64,000 nt of DNA. It comes from Macrostomum lignano (Eukaryota). Position 1 is the stretch's first letter, and every line of letters starts with the position of its first letter. Shown here in pieces: positions 25,101 through 37,190 of the stretch. Position numbers and translations under genes: made by a program. The stretch is from the NCBI GenBank assembly GCA_002269645.1, contig NIVC01000506.1, forward strand, positions 62,001 to 126,000, read 5' to 3'. The notes beneath the pieces were generated by a model, which was given only the letters and a program-made list of their open reading frames with translations, did no database searches and was not told the DNA's origin.

Positions 25101-25543
25101 TTCCGATTCACTTGCTGAGGCTAAAAGTGGGTATGCCAGTAGTTCTTCTCAGGAACATCAACCCGCCACGATTGTGCAATGGTACGCGGCTGATCATACT
25201 CGCAATGGGCGAGAACGTGCTTAGATGCAAGATTGCCGCCGGCCAGTTCACGGGAGACGAGATTCTTCTGCCGCGAATCCCGCTGATTCCTAGCAATGCG
25301 GACCTCCCCGTCAGTTTTAAGCGGCTGCAGTTCCCTGTGAAGCCGAGTTTCTGCCTGACGATTCACAAGTCGCAGGGACAGTCTCTGGACACAGTTGGCG
25401 TGGACCTGTCAGTCGGTTGCTTCACGCATGGCCAGCTGTACACGGCGCTGTCACGAGCAAAGAACGCGGCAAATGTTCGCGTCCGGATTCCGGGAACAAG
25501 GACCAGAAACGTTGTGTTTCCAGAAGTTCTCACTGAAGACTAA
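19183..25543 (+). CDS. Helitron RepHel transposase (STPR-like repeats, OTU, Zn finger, HUH/Y2 Rep, PIF1 helicase), 1753 aa; exons 19183-19730, 20017-20547, 20696-21280, 21382-22151, 22257-22599, 22687-22987, 23110-24131, 24227-24623, 24779-25543
   Basis: Splicing restores motifs: HIR|RYNLPT..EV, EYQKRG|LPHVH (HUH), DNR|WVVPY, KYVIKYLLKG (Y2), DAPAGTGKT (Walker A), TAHST|FKIP, IVWDEISM (Walker B), GDFRQLLPV, TIHKSQGQSL, HGQLYTALSR. Exons sum to 5262 nt, in frame. Intron 5 begins GGAAGT rather than GT. Confidence 0.9.
19240..19690 (+). repeat. Coding 69-bp (23-aa) tandem repeat, STPR-domain-like
   Basis: ETDAQREERLAELRQQKAERTAM about 5-6 times. The 23-aa period and ET...R..RL pattern fit STPR DNA-binding repeats. 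Confidence 0.7.
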
Positions 25544-26689
25544 TTTATTTATCGTAAAAAATGAGGGGTGAGCAATAATTTTCCTCATGCAAAAGGCTAG
25601 AAAGTATATTCATTTATTTTTAAGGAAAAATAGAATAATTATTTCCCCATATCTCTTAAGTAATAGCTCTCATTCTCTAAAGCAATAGCTGTCAATAGCT
25701 CTCATTCCTAAAAGAATCGCAGGAAATTTATTGCCCCAACCTCATTTCTAACGAAGCGTAGATATTGCATGGCAGTGAGTACGAGCTAATAGCTGATGAA
25801 CTTTATGTTGAAGCTCAATTAGGCTTATTTAATTCATTGTACTAATTTTTACAGTCAATTTGCACTTTACAGTTAATTTGTATTTTAAGGCAATTTCATA
25901 TTAGCCGAAAGTAACTTTTGAAACAAACCTTCTTTTGCACTGCTTTTAATGAATTCAATCTTTGATGAGCAGTTAATTTTGTCTTTTATTTTTCCCCTGA
26001 AATTTCATTATAATTCGTGTAAAAACTTTACTTATTTTATATCGCAAATTTATGCAAAAGACGAAACAATTTTGTTTTTAGTTTTCCAAGGTTCGCAAAA
26101 ACTTAACATTAGAGTGAATTTTAGTATATGGATTTTTACGCAAACTATGAGTGACAGTCTTTTTTTCAAAAATCAAAAATATCTCAAGTCACCTGTAACA
26201 ACTGTGGACTGTAAGCTCATAAAAAACGATTTGCATCAACTTGCGACGGGGCCTTCGTCTTCCATATATTGAAAGTTGAATAATATACGAAACTCACAAG
26301 ATGTCAATTTTAACTAAGGCGAAGGCCCTGAATGGAGCTTTTGTCTTACTTCATTTCTTAATCTTTGGCGAAACAAATATGAATAGTCTGTGGCAAAGCG
26401 CAAAGGCTAAGGAAATATAGAGCCGAACTGATTGTTCTGACTATGGATTTGAGGGCAGGAATGAGCGAATCCGAGGGCTGCGACTATAGACTAACGTAGA
26501 GTATTAAAGGAACTCATCTGGTCACATGCAGCCATTGCACACGCTATGTATACGTGACATATCGGTTGTACTTTTAATGCCATGTTCATAAGTTTCACTT
26601 TGTACTTTTCAAGTTTATTCGCAAAAAAATACAAAAAATTCTTGCGTTACAAACGTCAAAAACGTTTAACAAACGTTAAAAATTAAAGA

Positions 26690-27225
26690 GCCACCATGTC
26701 TAACATTAAAGAGCCACAATGTCAAGCATAAAAGGACCACCATGTCGAACATTAAAGAGCCACCATGTCAAAAATTAAAGAGCCACCATGTCGAACATTA
26801 AAGAGCCACCATGTCCAACATATATGTGACTCCATGTCAAACATTAAAGAGCCACCATGTCAAAAATTAAAGAGCCACCATGTCGAACATTAAAGAGCCA
26901 CCATGTCAAACATTAAAGAGCCACCATGTCGAACATTAAAGAGCCATCATGTCAAACACTAAAAAGCCACCATGTCAAACATAAAAGATACACAATTTCA
27001 AACGTAAAAGTAAGCGTCATGCCAATTTTAAAGGAGCCACTATAGAGCTAAGGAAATTGTTGCACTAGCTACTTATTGTCTGGTGGATGCTTACTATTTG
27101 GGGATGCTTGCTATCTGGGGGATGCTTGCTATCTGGGGGATGCTTGCTATTTGGGGGATGCTTGCTATCTGGGGGATGCTTGCAATCTGGGGGATGCTTG
27201 CTATCTGGGGGATGCTTGCTGTCTT
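26690..27225 (+). repeat. Short 23-bp (GAGCCACCATGTCAAACATTAAA) and 18-bp (GGGGGATGCTTGCTATCT) arrays in the 3' arm of the autonomous Helitron
   Basis: 23-bp units at about 26690-26985 and 18-bp units at about 27088-27225. Both are expanded in the next element. Confidence 0.92.
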
Positions 27226-27949
27226 GGGATGATTTCTTTTTGCATTACACTTTATTTGAGCAGTTTGTCTGTTGTCTTTGTCAAGTCTTTATTTGGCTGT
27301 CTTTTTGTTACTTGTAGAGAACAGAGATTCTATACAGATGCCCCCCAACGGGGGGCGAAGATTGCTAGTCCTATATACTAAAAATGAAATGTCTGTAACT
27401 AACTAGCTATGCGATAGATATCAGAAAAAATGGCTCAACCGATTTTCTTCAAACTTGCACCATTCGATCAGAAATTTTCCTGGGACGGTACATGCATCTT
27501 GGCTAAGAAATTGCTCAATGTTAAAGGGATTAAATATTCGAAAAACATGCTTTTTTGCAAAGGTCAAGCAGCTCTTTCGACCTGAAATGCATTGTAAGAA
27601 TGCTAGAGAAAAAACTGACTGGCTGAATTACGATTGTGATAAAGATTGCATCACAACAAGTTGAAAACAGTGCCACAGAAACGCACACAAGACTTCATTG
27701 AAATTGCGTAACCATATTGCTAACTTGAATTTAGACTGATACTGGCTGACTGAGAAATTGATTATGTCATAACTTTTTACTCTAACCGACTTGCTATAAG
27801 AATTTATTATAAGGGCCACAATTCAAGTTCTCCGATTGAAAAGAGATAGCCGGATGCAAACAAACTGGAATGCTAATGTAGCGACCTTGGTTCGAATCTT
27901 AGTAGTGAAAAATGTTTTTTTTATTAAAACACCTTAAAAACACAAAATT

Positions 27950-29715
27950 CTAAACATTAAAGAGCCACCATTTCAAACATTAAAGAGCCACAATGTCAAA
28001 CATTAAAGAGCCACCATTTCAAACCTATAAGAGCCACCATGTCGAACATTAAAGAGCCACCATTTCAAACATTAAAGAGCCACAATGTCAAACATTAAAG
28101 AGCCACCATTTCAAACCTAAAAGAGCCACCATGTCGAACATTAAAGAGCCACCATGTCGAACATAAAAGAGCCACCATATCAAACATAAAAGAGTTACCA
28201 TGTCAAACATTAAAGAGCCACCATGTCGAACATTAAAGAGCCACAATGTCAAACATTTAAGAGCCACCATTTCAAACCTAAAAGAGCCACCATGTCGAAC
28301 ATTAAAAAGCCACCATGTCAAACATTAAAAAGCCACCATGTCAAACATTAAAGAGACACCATTTCAAACCTAAAAGAGTTACCATGTCAAACATTAAAGA
28401 GCCGCCATGTCAAACATAAAACAGACACCATTAAGAACATTAAAGAGCCACCATGTCGAACATAAAAGAGCCACCATGTAGAACATAAAAGAGTCACCAT
28501 GTCAAACATTAAAGAGCCACCATGTAAAACATTAAAGAGCCACCATGTCGAACATAAAAGAGGTACCATGTCAAACATTAAAGACCCACCAGGTCAAACA
28601 TGAAAGTGCCACCATGTCAAATATTAAAAAGCCACCATGTCAAACATTAAAGAGCCACCAGGTCAAACATGAAAGTGCCACCATATAAAACATTAAAGAG
28701 CCACCAGGTCAAACATATACATGACTCCATGTCAAACATATACGTGACTCCATGTCAAGCATTGAAGAGACACCATGTCGAACATAAAAGAGCCACCATG
28801 CAAAACATAAAAGAGCCACCATGTCTAACATTAAAGAGCCACCATGCAAAACATAAAAGAGCCACCATGTCTAACATTAAAGAGCCACCATGTCAAACAT
28901 ATACATGACTCCATGTCAAACGTTAAAGAGACACCATGTCAAACATTGAAGAGCCACCATGTCAAACATTTAAGAGCCACCATGTAAAACATATACGTAA
29001 CTCCATGTCAAACATTAAAGCGACACCATGTCGAACATAAAAGAGCCACCATGTCGAACATTAAAGAGCCACCATGTCGAACATAAAAGAGCTACCATGT
29101 CAAACATTAAAGAGCTACCATGTTAAACATAAAAGAGCCATCATGTCAAACATATAAGTGACTTTATGTCGAACATTAAAGAGCCACCATGTCAAACATT
29201 AAAGAGCCACCATGTTAAACATAAAAGAGCCATCATGTCAAACATATAAGTGACTTTATGTCGAACATTAAAGAGCCACCATGTCTAACATTAAAGAGCC
29301 ACCATGTCCAACATTAAAGAGCCACCATGTCAAAAATTAAAGAGCCACCATGTCTATCATTAAAGAGCCATCATGTCAAACATTAAAGAGCTACTTTGTC
29401 TAACATTAAAGAGCCACCATGTCAAACATTAAAGAGCCACCATGTCAAACATAAAAGAGCCACCTTTTTGAACATTAAAGAGCCACCATTTCGAACATTA
29501 AAGAGCCACCATGTTAAACATTAAAAAGCCACTTTGTCAAACATAGAAGAGCCCCATGTCAAACATAGAAGAGCCCCCATGTCAAACATAGAAGAGCCCC
29601 CATGTCAAACATAGAAGAGCCACTATGTCAGACATTGAAAAGCCACCGTATCAAACATAAAAGAGTTAACATGTACGAGCGTAGAACATAAAAGAGCCAC
29701 CCTGTTAAACATAAA
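27950..29715 (+). repeat. 23-bp minisatellite (GAGCCACCATGTC[A/G]AACAT[T/A]AAA)
   Basis: Imperfect tandem repeat of about 1.75 kb. Confidence 0.95.
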
Positions 29716-29804
29716 AGATACACAATTTCAAACGTAAAAATAAGCGAATTTTAAAGGAGCCGCTATAATGCTAAGGAAATTGTCGCACTAGCTACTTATT
29801 GTCT

Positions 29805-30790
29805 GGTGGATGCTTGCTATTTGGGGATGCTATCTATCTTGGGGATGCTTGCTATCTGGGGGATGCTTGCTATCTGGGGGATGCTTGCTATCTGGGGGAT
29901 GCTTGCTATCTGGGGGATGCTTGCTATCTGGGGGATGCTTGCTATCTGGGGATGCTTGCTATCTGGGGGATGCTTGCTATCTGGGGGATGCTTGCTATCT
30001 GGGGGATGCTTGCTATCTGGGGGATGCTTGCTATCTGGGGGATGCTTGCTATCTGGGGGATGCTTGCTATCTTGGGGATGCTTGCTATCTTGGGGATGCT
30101 TGCTATCTGGGGGATGCTTGCTATCTGGGGGATGCTTGCTATCTGGGGGATGCTTGCTATCTGGGGGATGCTTGCTATCTGGGGGATGCTTGCTATCTGG
30201 GGGATGCTTGCTATCTGGGGGATGCTTGCTATCTGGGGGATGCTTGCTATCTGGACGATGCTTGCTATCTGGGGGATGCTTGCTATCTGGGGGATGCTTG
30301 CTATCTGGGGGATGCTTGCTATCTGGGGGATGCTTGCTATCTGGGGGATGCTTGCTATCTGGGGGATGCTTGCTATCTGGACGATGCTTGCTATCTGGGG
30401 GATGCTTGCTATCTGGGGGATGCTTGCTATCTGGGGGATGCTTGCTATCTGGGGGATGCTTGCTATCTGGGGGATGCTTGCTATCTGGGGGATGCTTGCT
30501 ATCTGGGGGATGCTTGCTATCTGGGGGATGCTTGCTATCTGGGGGATGCTTGCTATCTGGGGGATGCTTGCTATCTGGGGGATGCTTGCTATCTGAGGGA
30601 TGCTTGCTATCTTGGGGATGCTTGCTATCTGGGGGATGCTTGCAATCTGGGGATGCTTGCTATCTGGGGGATGCTTGCTATCTGGGGGATGCTTGCTATC
30701 TAGGGGATGCTTGCTATCTGGGGGATGCTTGCTATCTAGGGGATGCTTGCTATCTTGGGGATGCTTGCTATCTGGGGGATGCTTGCAGTC
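29805..30790 (+). repeat. 18-bp minisatellite (GGGGGATGCTTGCTATCT), about 54 copies
   Basis: Highly homogeneous repeat; source of the GDACYL / WGMLAI ORFs. Confidence 0.98.
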
Positions 30791-30915
30791 TTGGGATGAT
30801 TTCTTTTTGCAATGCACTTCATTTGAGCAGTTTGTCTGTTGTCTTTTTGAAGGATTTTTGGCTGTCTTTTTGTTGCTTGTAGAAAACAGAGATTCTATCC
30901 AGATGTCCCCCATCG

Positions 30916-33218
30916 TCTTATATACTAAATCTCTAATCTATGTCTGTCTGTCCGTGTAAAACGCTCTACAGACTGCAATTCTTGACCAATTTTGATTGCG
31001 TTTTCACCAAAAAGTTGCAACTCAACCAAGGATTGTATGGTTAACATTTCTTTTATCTGCTTCAATTCTAAAGGTCTTAAATATTCAAAAAACTGTATTT
31101 TCCCTATCTAATTAGTGTATTTTTCTCGCAGTGAGAGCTCGAAAAATAATAATACGTCTATGGCCATAGACTAAACTTTAACTTCTTGAGCTGATGCTAC
31201 GAGCTATAAATAATTAAATTATTCGCAAGCTTCAGAGTATGCACGTGGGAGATAAAAATATATTAAATTAATTTTCATTTATTTTTAGCTTGTGCCTGGA
31301 CTAATCGAACATTTTTTGATTAAAAGCAACTACTAGCAATTTAAGCCCCCCGCTGGGGGACGCAAGAATGACGCCAAGTGGTTTTTATTTTGGCCAATGA
31401 GTAATAACCTTACTTATTATTCAAAATCCATTAATCAAAACTTACTTTTTCTCATTTTTGGCAAAAATAAATTGCCATGAATCAAAACCTTCACCAGCCA
31501 AAGGCTAACTGGGAGGAATTGCTGAGATGTCAAGGCTTACTGGGGGAATTACTGAGATGTCAAGGCTTACTGAGGAAATTACTGAGATGTGAATGCTTAC
31601 TTGGGGGAATTGCTGCGATGTCGAGGCTTACTGGGGAAATTTCTGAGACTTCAAGGCTTACTGGGGGAATTTCTGAGATTTCAAGGCTTACTCAGGAAAT
31701 TGCTGAGATTTCAAGGCTTACTGGGGGAATTGCTGAGTTGTCAAGGCTTACTAGGGGAATTTCTGAGATTTCAAGGTTTACTGGGGGAATTGCTGAGTTG
31801 TCAAGGCTTACTGGGAGAATTGCTGAGACTTCAAGGCTTACTGGGGGAATTTCTGAGATTTCAAGGCTTACTGGGGGAATTGCTGAGTTGTCAAGGCTTA
31901 CTAGGGGAATTTCTGAGATTTCAAGGTTTACTGGGGGAATTGCTGAGTTGTCAAGGCTTACTGGGAGAATTGCTGAGACTTCAAGGCTTACTGGGGGAAT
32001 TTCTGAGATTTCAAGGTTTACTGGGGGAATTGCTGAGTTGTCAAGGCTTACTGGGGGAATTTCTGAGATTTCAAGGCTTACTCAGGAAATTGCTGAGATT
32101 TCAAGGCTTTCTTGGATGAATTGCTGAGTTGTCAAGGCTTACTGGGGGAATTGCTGCAATCTCGAGGCTTACTGGACTGGGAGAATTGCGTAGATGCCAA
32201 GGCTCGAGTTTAATTGCTGCAATGTCAAGGCTTACTGGGGGATTTCTGAGATGTCAAGGCTTAATGGGTAATTGCTGCGATGTCGAGGCTTACTGGGGAA
32301 ATTTCTGAGACTTCAAGGCTTACTGGGGGAATTTCTGAGATTTCAAGGCTTACTCAGGAAATTGCTGAGATTTCAAGGCTTTATTGGATGAATTGCTGAG
32401 TTGTCAAGGCCTACTGGGGGAATTGGTGAGTTGTCAAGGCCTACTGGGGGAATTGCTGAGACTTCAAGGCTTACTGGGGGAATTTCTGAGATTTCAAGGT
32501 TTACTGTGGGAATTGCTGAGTTGTCAAGGCTTACTGGGGGAATTGCTGAGATGTGAAGGCTTACTGGGGAATTGCTGAGTTGTCAAGGCCTACTGGGGGA
32601 ATTGTGAGAAGTCAAGACTTACTGGAGGAATTACTGAGATTCGAGACTTACTGGGGAATTACTGAGACTTCAAGGCTTACTGGGGAATTGCTGAGATTTC
32701 AAGGCTTTCTTGGATGAATTGCTGAGATGTCAAGGCTTACTGGGGAAATTGCTTAGACTTCAAGACTTACTGGAAGAATAACTGAGATTCGAGACTTACT
32801 GGGGAGTTACTGAGATTTCAAGGCTTACTGGGGGGAATTGCTGAGATGTCAAGGCTTACTGAGAGGAATTGCTGAGATGTCAAGGCTTACTGGGGAAATT
32901 ATTGAGATGTTATCAAGGCTTATGGCATATTGAGCTCCTGCTGCGGACCAGAATATGCCCAGGCCAATGACGATATGCCCTAAGAGTTTGTGCTTGAAAG
33001 GATAAGTACTATTTGCTGAATGAGAAAGGGTTTTGGGCTGATGAAGGAAACTTTGGCTGGTGAAGGTTTTGATTCATGGCAATTTATTTTTGCCAAAAAT
33101 TTGAAAAAGTAAGTTTTGATTGGATTTTGAATAATAAGTAAGGTGATTACTCATTGGCCAAAATAAAAACCACTTGGCGTCATTTTTGCGCCCCCCATCG
33201 GGGGGCGAAGATTGCTAG
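30916..33218 (+). mobile_element. Non-autonomous Helitron-like element of a different subfamily, with an inverted duplicated 3' end
   Basis: Starts TCTTATATACTAAATC...GTCTGTCTGTCCG. Ends with hairpin GCCCCCCATCGGGGGGC, GAAGATTG, CTAG (33215-33218). 31333-31503 is an inverted copy of about 33050-33218. Confidence 0.75.
31505..32915 (+). repeat. 30-bp minisatellite (GCTGAGATTTCAAGGCTTACTGGGGGAATT)
   Basis: Tandem repeat enclosed by the 170-bp inverted repeats. Degenerate relatives lie at 37340-38290. Confidence 0.95.
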
Positions 33219-33904
33219 TCCATATACTAAAAATGGTCTGTCGGTATGTGTGTGTGTGTATGTGTGTGTGTGTGATCGATTTTAGCAAAAATGGCTCAAC
33301 CGATTTTGTTCAAACTTGCACCATTCGATCAGAAATTTTTCCGTGACGGTACATGCATCGTGGCTAAGAAATTGCTCGATGCTAAAGGGATTAAATATTC
33401 GAAAAACATGCTTTTTTGCAAAGGTCAAGCAGCTATTTCGACTTGAAACGCACTGTAAAAATGCTAGAGAAAAAACTGACTGGTTGAATTCTGATTCTGA
33501 AATAGATTGCATCAAAATACACTTTATTTATCGTCTGTGTACTGGCTGAATTTGACACTCAATTGAATTGCGTCACAGCTTTGAGTGTGAAAGTATAGTG
33601 CAGTACTGAATTTATATTACGTAACCATATTGTTAGCTTTCATAGACACTGGTACTGACTTGCCTAAGAAATTGATTATGTCATAACTGCTTCGCGTGAC
33701 TTTTTACTCTACCTGACTTGGTGTGAGTGTTGAATTATATAAGTGGTACAAATTCACTGATAACTTCGATGAGAGCTAGCCTAGAGCTGAGCAGACCAGA
33801 CTGCTAATGCAGCGACCTGGGTTCGAATCTAAGTAGTTTAAAAGTAGTAGTGTAAAATTTTTTATTAAAAGCTTTTATTAAAGGACTAAATAAAAACACT
33901 TAGA

Positions 33905-35610
33905 TTACTGCACTCGATAAGCTAAGGATTATTGCTCTTGGCAAACCAAGGAATACTGCACTCGATAAGCCAAGGATTATTGCTATTAATAAACCAAGGA
34001 CTATTGCTATTAATAAACCAAGGATTACTGCACTCAATAAACCAAGGACTATTGCTCTTGGCAAACCAAGGATTACTGCACTCGATAAGCCAAGGACTAT
34101 TGCTCTTGGCAAACCAAGGATTACTGCACTCGATAAGCCATGGATTATTGCTATTAATAAACCAAGGATTACTGCACTCGATAAGCCAAGGATTATTGCT
34201 ATTAATAAACCAAGGATTACTGCACTCGATAAGCCAAGGATTATTGCTATTAATAAACCAAGGATTACTGCACTCAATAAACCAAGGACTATTGCTCTTG
34301 GCAAACCAAGGATTACTGCACTTGATTAATCAAGGATTATTGCTATTAATAAACCAAGGATTACTGCACTCGATAAGCCAAGGATTATTGCTATTAATAA
34401 ACCAAGGATTACTGCACTCGATAAGCCAAGGATTATTGCTATTAATAAACCAAGGATTACTGCACTCGATAAGCCAAGGATTATTGCTATTAATAAACCA
34501 AGGATTACTGCACTCGATAAACCAAGGATTATTGCTATTAATAAACCAAGGATTATGCACTTGGCAAACCAAGGATTACTGCACTCGATAAGCCAAGGAT
34601 TATTGCTATTAATAAACCAAAAATTACTGCACTCAATAAACCAAGGACTATTGCTATTAATAAACCAAGGATTACTGCACTCAATAAACCAAGGACTATT
34701 GCTCTTGGCAAACCAAGGATTACTGCACTCGATAAGCCAAGGACTATTGCTCTTGGCAAACCAAGGATTACTGCACTCGATAAGCCAAGGATTATTGCTA
34801 TTAATAAACCAAGGATTATTGCTATTAATAAACCAAGGATTACTGCACTCGATAAACCAAGGATTATTGCTATTAATAAACCAAGGATTATGCACTTGGC
34901 AAACCAAGGATTACTGCACTCGATAAGCCAAGGATTATTGCTATTAATAAACCAAGGATTACTGCACTCAATAAACCAAGAACTATTGCTCTTGGCAAAC
35001 TAAGGATTACTGCACTCGATAAGCCAAGGATTATTGCTATTAATAAACCAAGGATTACTGCACTCGATAAACCAAGGATTATTGCTATTAATAAACCAAG
35101 GATTATGCACTTGGCAAACCAAGGATTACTGCACTCGATAAGCCAAGGATTATTGCTATTAATAAACCAAGGATTACTGCACTCAATAAACCAAGGACTA
35201 TTGCTCTTGGCAAACCAAGGATTACTGCACTTGATTAATCAAGGATTATTGCTATTAATAAACCAAGGATTACTGCACTCGATAAGCCAAGGATTATTGC
35301 TATTAATAAACCAAGGATTACTGCACTCGATAAGCCAAGGATTATTGCTATTAATAAACCAAGGATTACTGCACTCGATAAGCCAAGGATTATTGCTATT
35401 AATAAACCATGAATTACTGCACTCGATAAGCCAAGGATTATTGCTATTAATAAACCAAGGATTACTGCACTCATAAGCCATGGATTATTGCTATTAATAA
35501 ACCAAGGATTACTTACTGCACTTGGCAAACCAAGAATTACTGCACTCGATAAGCCATGGATTATTGCTATTAATAAACCAAGGATTACTGCACTCGATAG
35601 CCAAGGATTA
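33905..35610 (+). repeat. 24-bp minisatellite with alternating variants (ATAAACCAAGGATTACTGCACTCG / ATAAGCCAAGGATTATTGCTATTA)
   Basis: Tandem repeat with mostly 48-bp higher-order alternation. Confidence 0.96.
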
Positions 35611-35654
35611 CTGCGCTTGATAAGCTTGGCTACATGTATAGGATTATTTCTATC

Positions 35655-35880
35655 CAGGGATGCTTGCTATTTAGGGATTCTTGCTATGTGCAGGATGCTT
35701 GCTATCTGGAAGGATGCTTCTACATTATTTGGGGTATGCTTGCTATCTGCAAGATGCTTGCTATCTGCAAGATGCTTGCTATCTGCAGATGCTTGCTATC
35801 TGCAGATGCTTGCTATCTGGGTGGATGCTTGCTAGGAGTATTAGGGGATGCTTGCTACTGGGGGGATGCTTGCTGTCTTG
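35655..35880 (+). repeat. Degenerate 18-bp GATGCTTGCTATCT array
   Basis: Same family as 29805-30790. Confidence 0.85.
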
Positions 35881-36039
35881 GGAATATTTTCTATTTAGGG
35901 GTAATGACTAAAATTCATGAGAGCTAGCCTAGAGGTAAACAGACTAAACTGCTAAATGCAGGGACGATGGTTCGAATTTTTAGAGAGAAGAGTTTTTTTT
36001 AGTTAAAGCTTTTTAACGCCAAGACAAAAAAAATAATGG

Positions 36040-37190
36040 AAGCGTCATGTAAACAATCATACAACCGTCATGTAAACAATCATAGAAGCGTCATGTAAAA
36101 ATCATAGAAGCGTCATGTAAAAATCATAGAAGCGTCATGTAAAAATCATAGAAGCGTCATGTAAACAATCATAGAAGCGTCATGTTAAAATCATAAAAGC
36201 GTCATGTAAAATCATAAAAGCGTCATAAAAAATCATAGAAGCGTCATGCAAACAATCATAGAAGCGTCATGTTAAAATCACACAAGCGTCATGTAAACAA
36301 TCATACAAGCGTCATGTAAACAATCATAGAAGCGTCATGTAAAAAATCATAGAAGCGTCATGTTAAAATCATAAAAGCGTCATAAAAAATCATAGAAGCG
36401 TCATGTAAACAATCATACAAGCGTCATGTAAACAATCATAGAAGCGTCATGTAAACAATCATAGAAGCGTCATGTAAAAATCATAGAAGCGTCATGTAAA
36501 AATCATAGAAGCGTCATGTAAACAATCATAAAAGCGTCATGTAAACAATCATAGAAGCGTCATGTAAACAAAAATAGAAGCGTCATGTAAACAATCATAG
36601 AAGCGTCATGTAAAAAATCATAGAAGCGTCATGTAAACAATCATAGAAGCGTCATGTAAAAATCATAGAAGCGTCATGAAAAAATCATAGAAGCGTCATG
36701 TAAAAATCATAGAAGCGTCATGTAAAAATCATAGAAGCGTCATGTAAACAATCATAGAAGCGTCATGTTAAAATCAAAGAAGCGTCATGTAAACAATCAT
36801 AGAAGCGTCATGTAAACAATCATAGAAGCGTCATGTAAAAATCATAGAAGCGTCATGTAAAAATCATAGAAGCGTCATGTAAACAATCATAGAAGCGTCA
36901 TGTTAAAATCAAAGAAGCGTCATGTAAACAATCATACAAGCGTCATGTAAACAATCATAGAAGCGTCATGTAAAAAATCATAGAAGCGTCATGTAAACAA
37001 TCATACAAGCGTCATGTAAACAATCATAAAAGCGTCATGTAAACAATCATAAAAGCGTCATGTAAACAAGCATAGAAGCGTCATGTAAACAATCATAAAA
37101 GCGTCATGTAAACAATCATAAAAGCGTCATGTAAACAAGCATAGAAGCGTCATGTTAACATAGAAGCGTCATGAAAAAATCACAGAAGCC
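36040..37190 (+). repeat. 23-bp minisatellite (AGAAGCGTCATGTAAACAATCAT)
   Basis: About 50 copies. Shares a CATGT-AAACA core with the GAGCCACCATGTCAAACAT family. Confidence 0.96.

Larger units (their letters stand above)
17875..27368 (+). mobile_element. Autonomous-type Helitron (canonical TC...CTAG), 9.5 kb
   Basis: 5' A|TCCTATATCCTAAAAATG followed by a (GGTA)n microsatellite. Internal RepHel gene. 3' hairpin GCCCCCC-AAC-GGGGGGC (27340-27356), then CTAG (27365-27368)|T. No TSD. Confidence 0.93.
27369..30915 (+). mobile_element. Non-autonomous Helitron (deletion derivative of 17875-27368) with expanded arrays; 3' end cut mid-hairpin
   Basis: Starts TCCTATATACTAAAAATG directly after CTAG and shares the 5' module. 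The 3' unique tail matches 27225-27350 and stops at GATGTCCCCCATCG (30915). Confidence 0.88.

Noticed and set aside
29799-30913. ORFs of 265-358 aa (GDACYL, WGMLAI, QIASIP repeats)
   Set aside because: Translations of the 18-bp minisatellite inside a non-autonomous Helitron.
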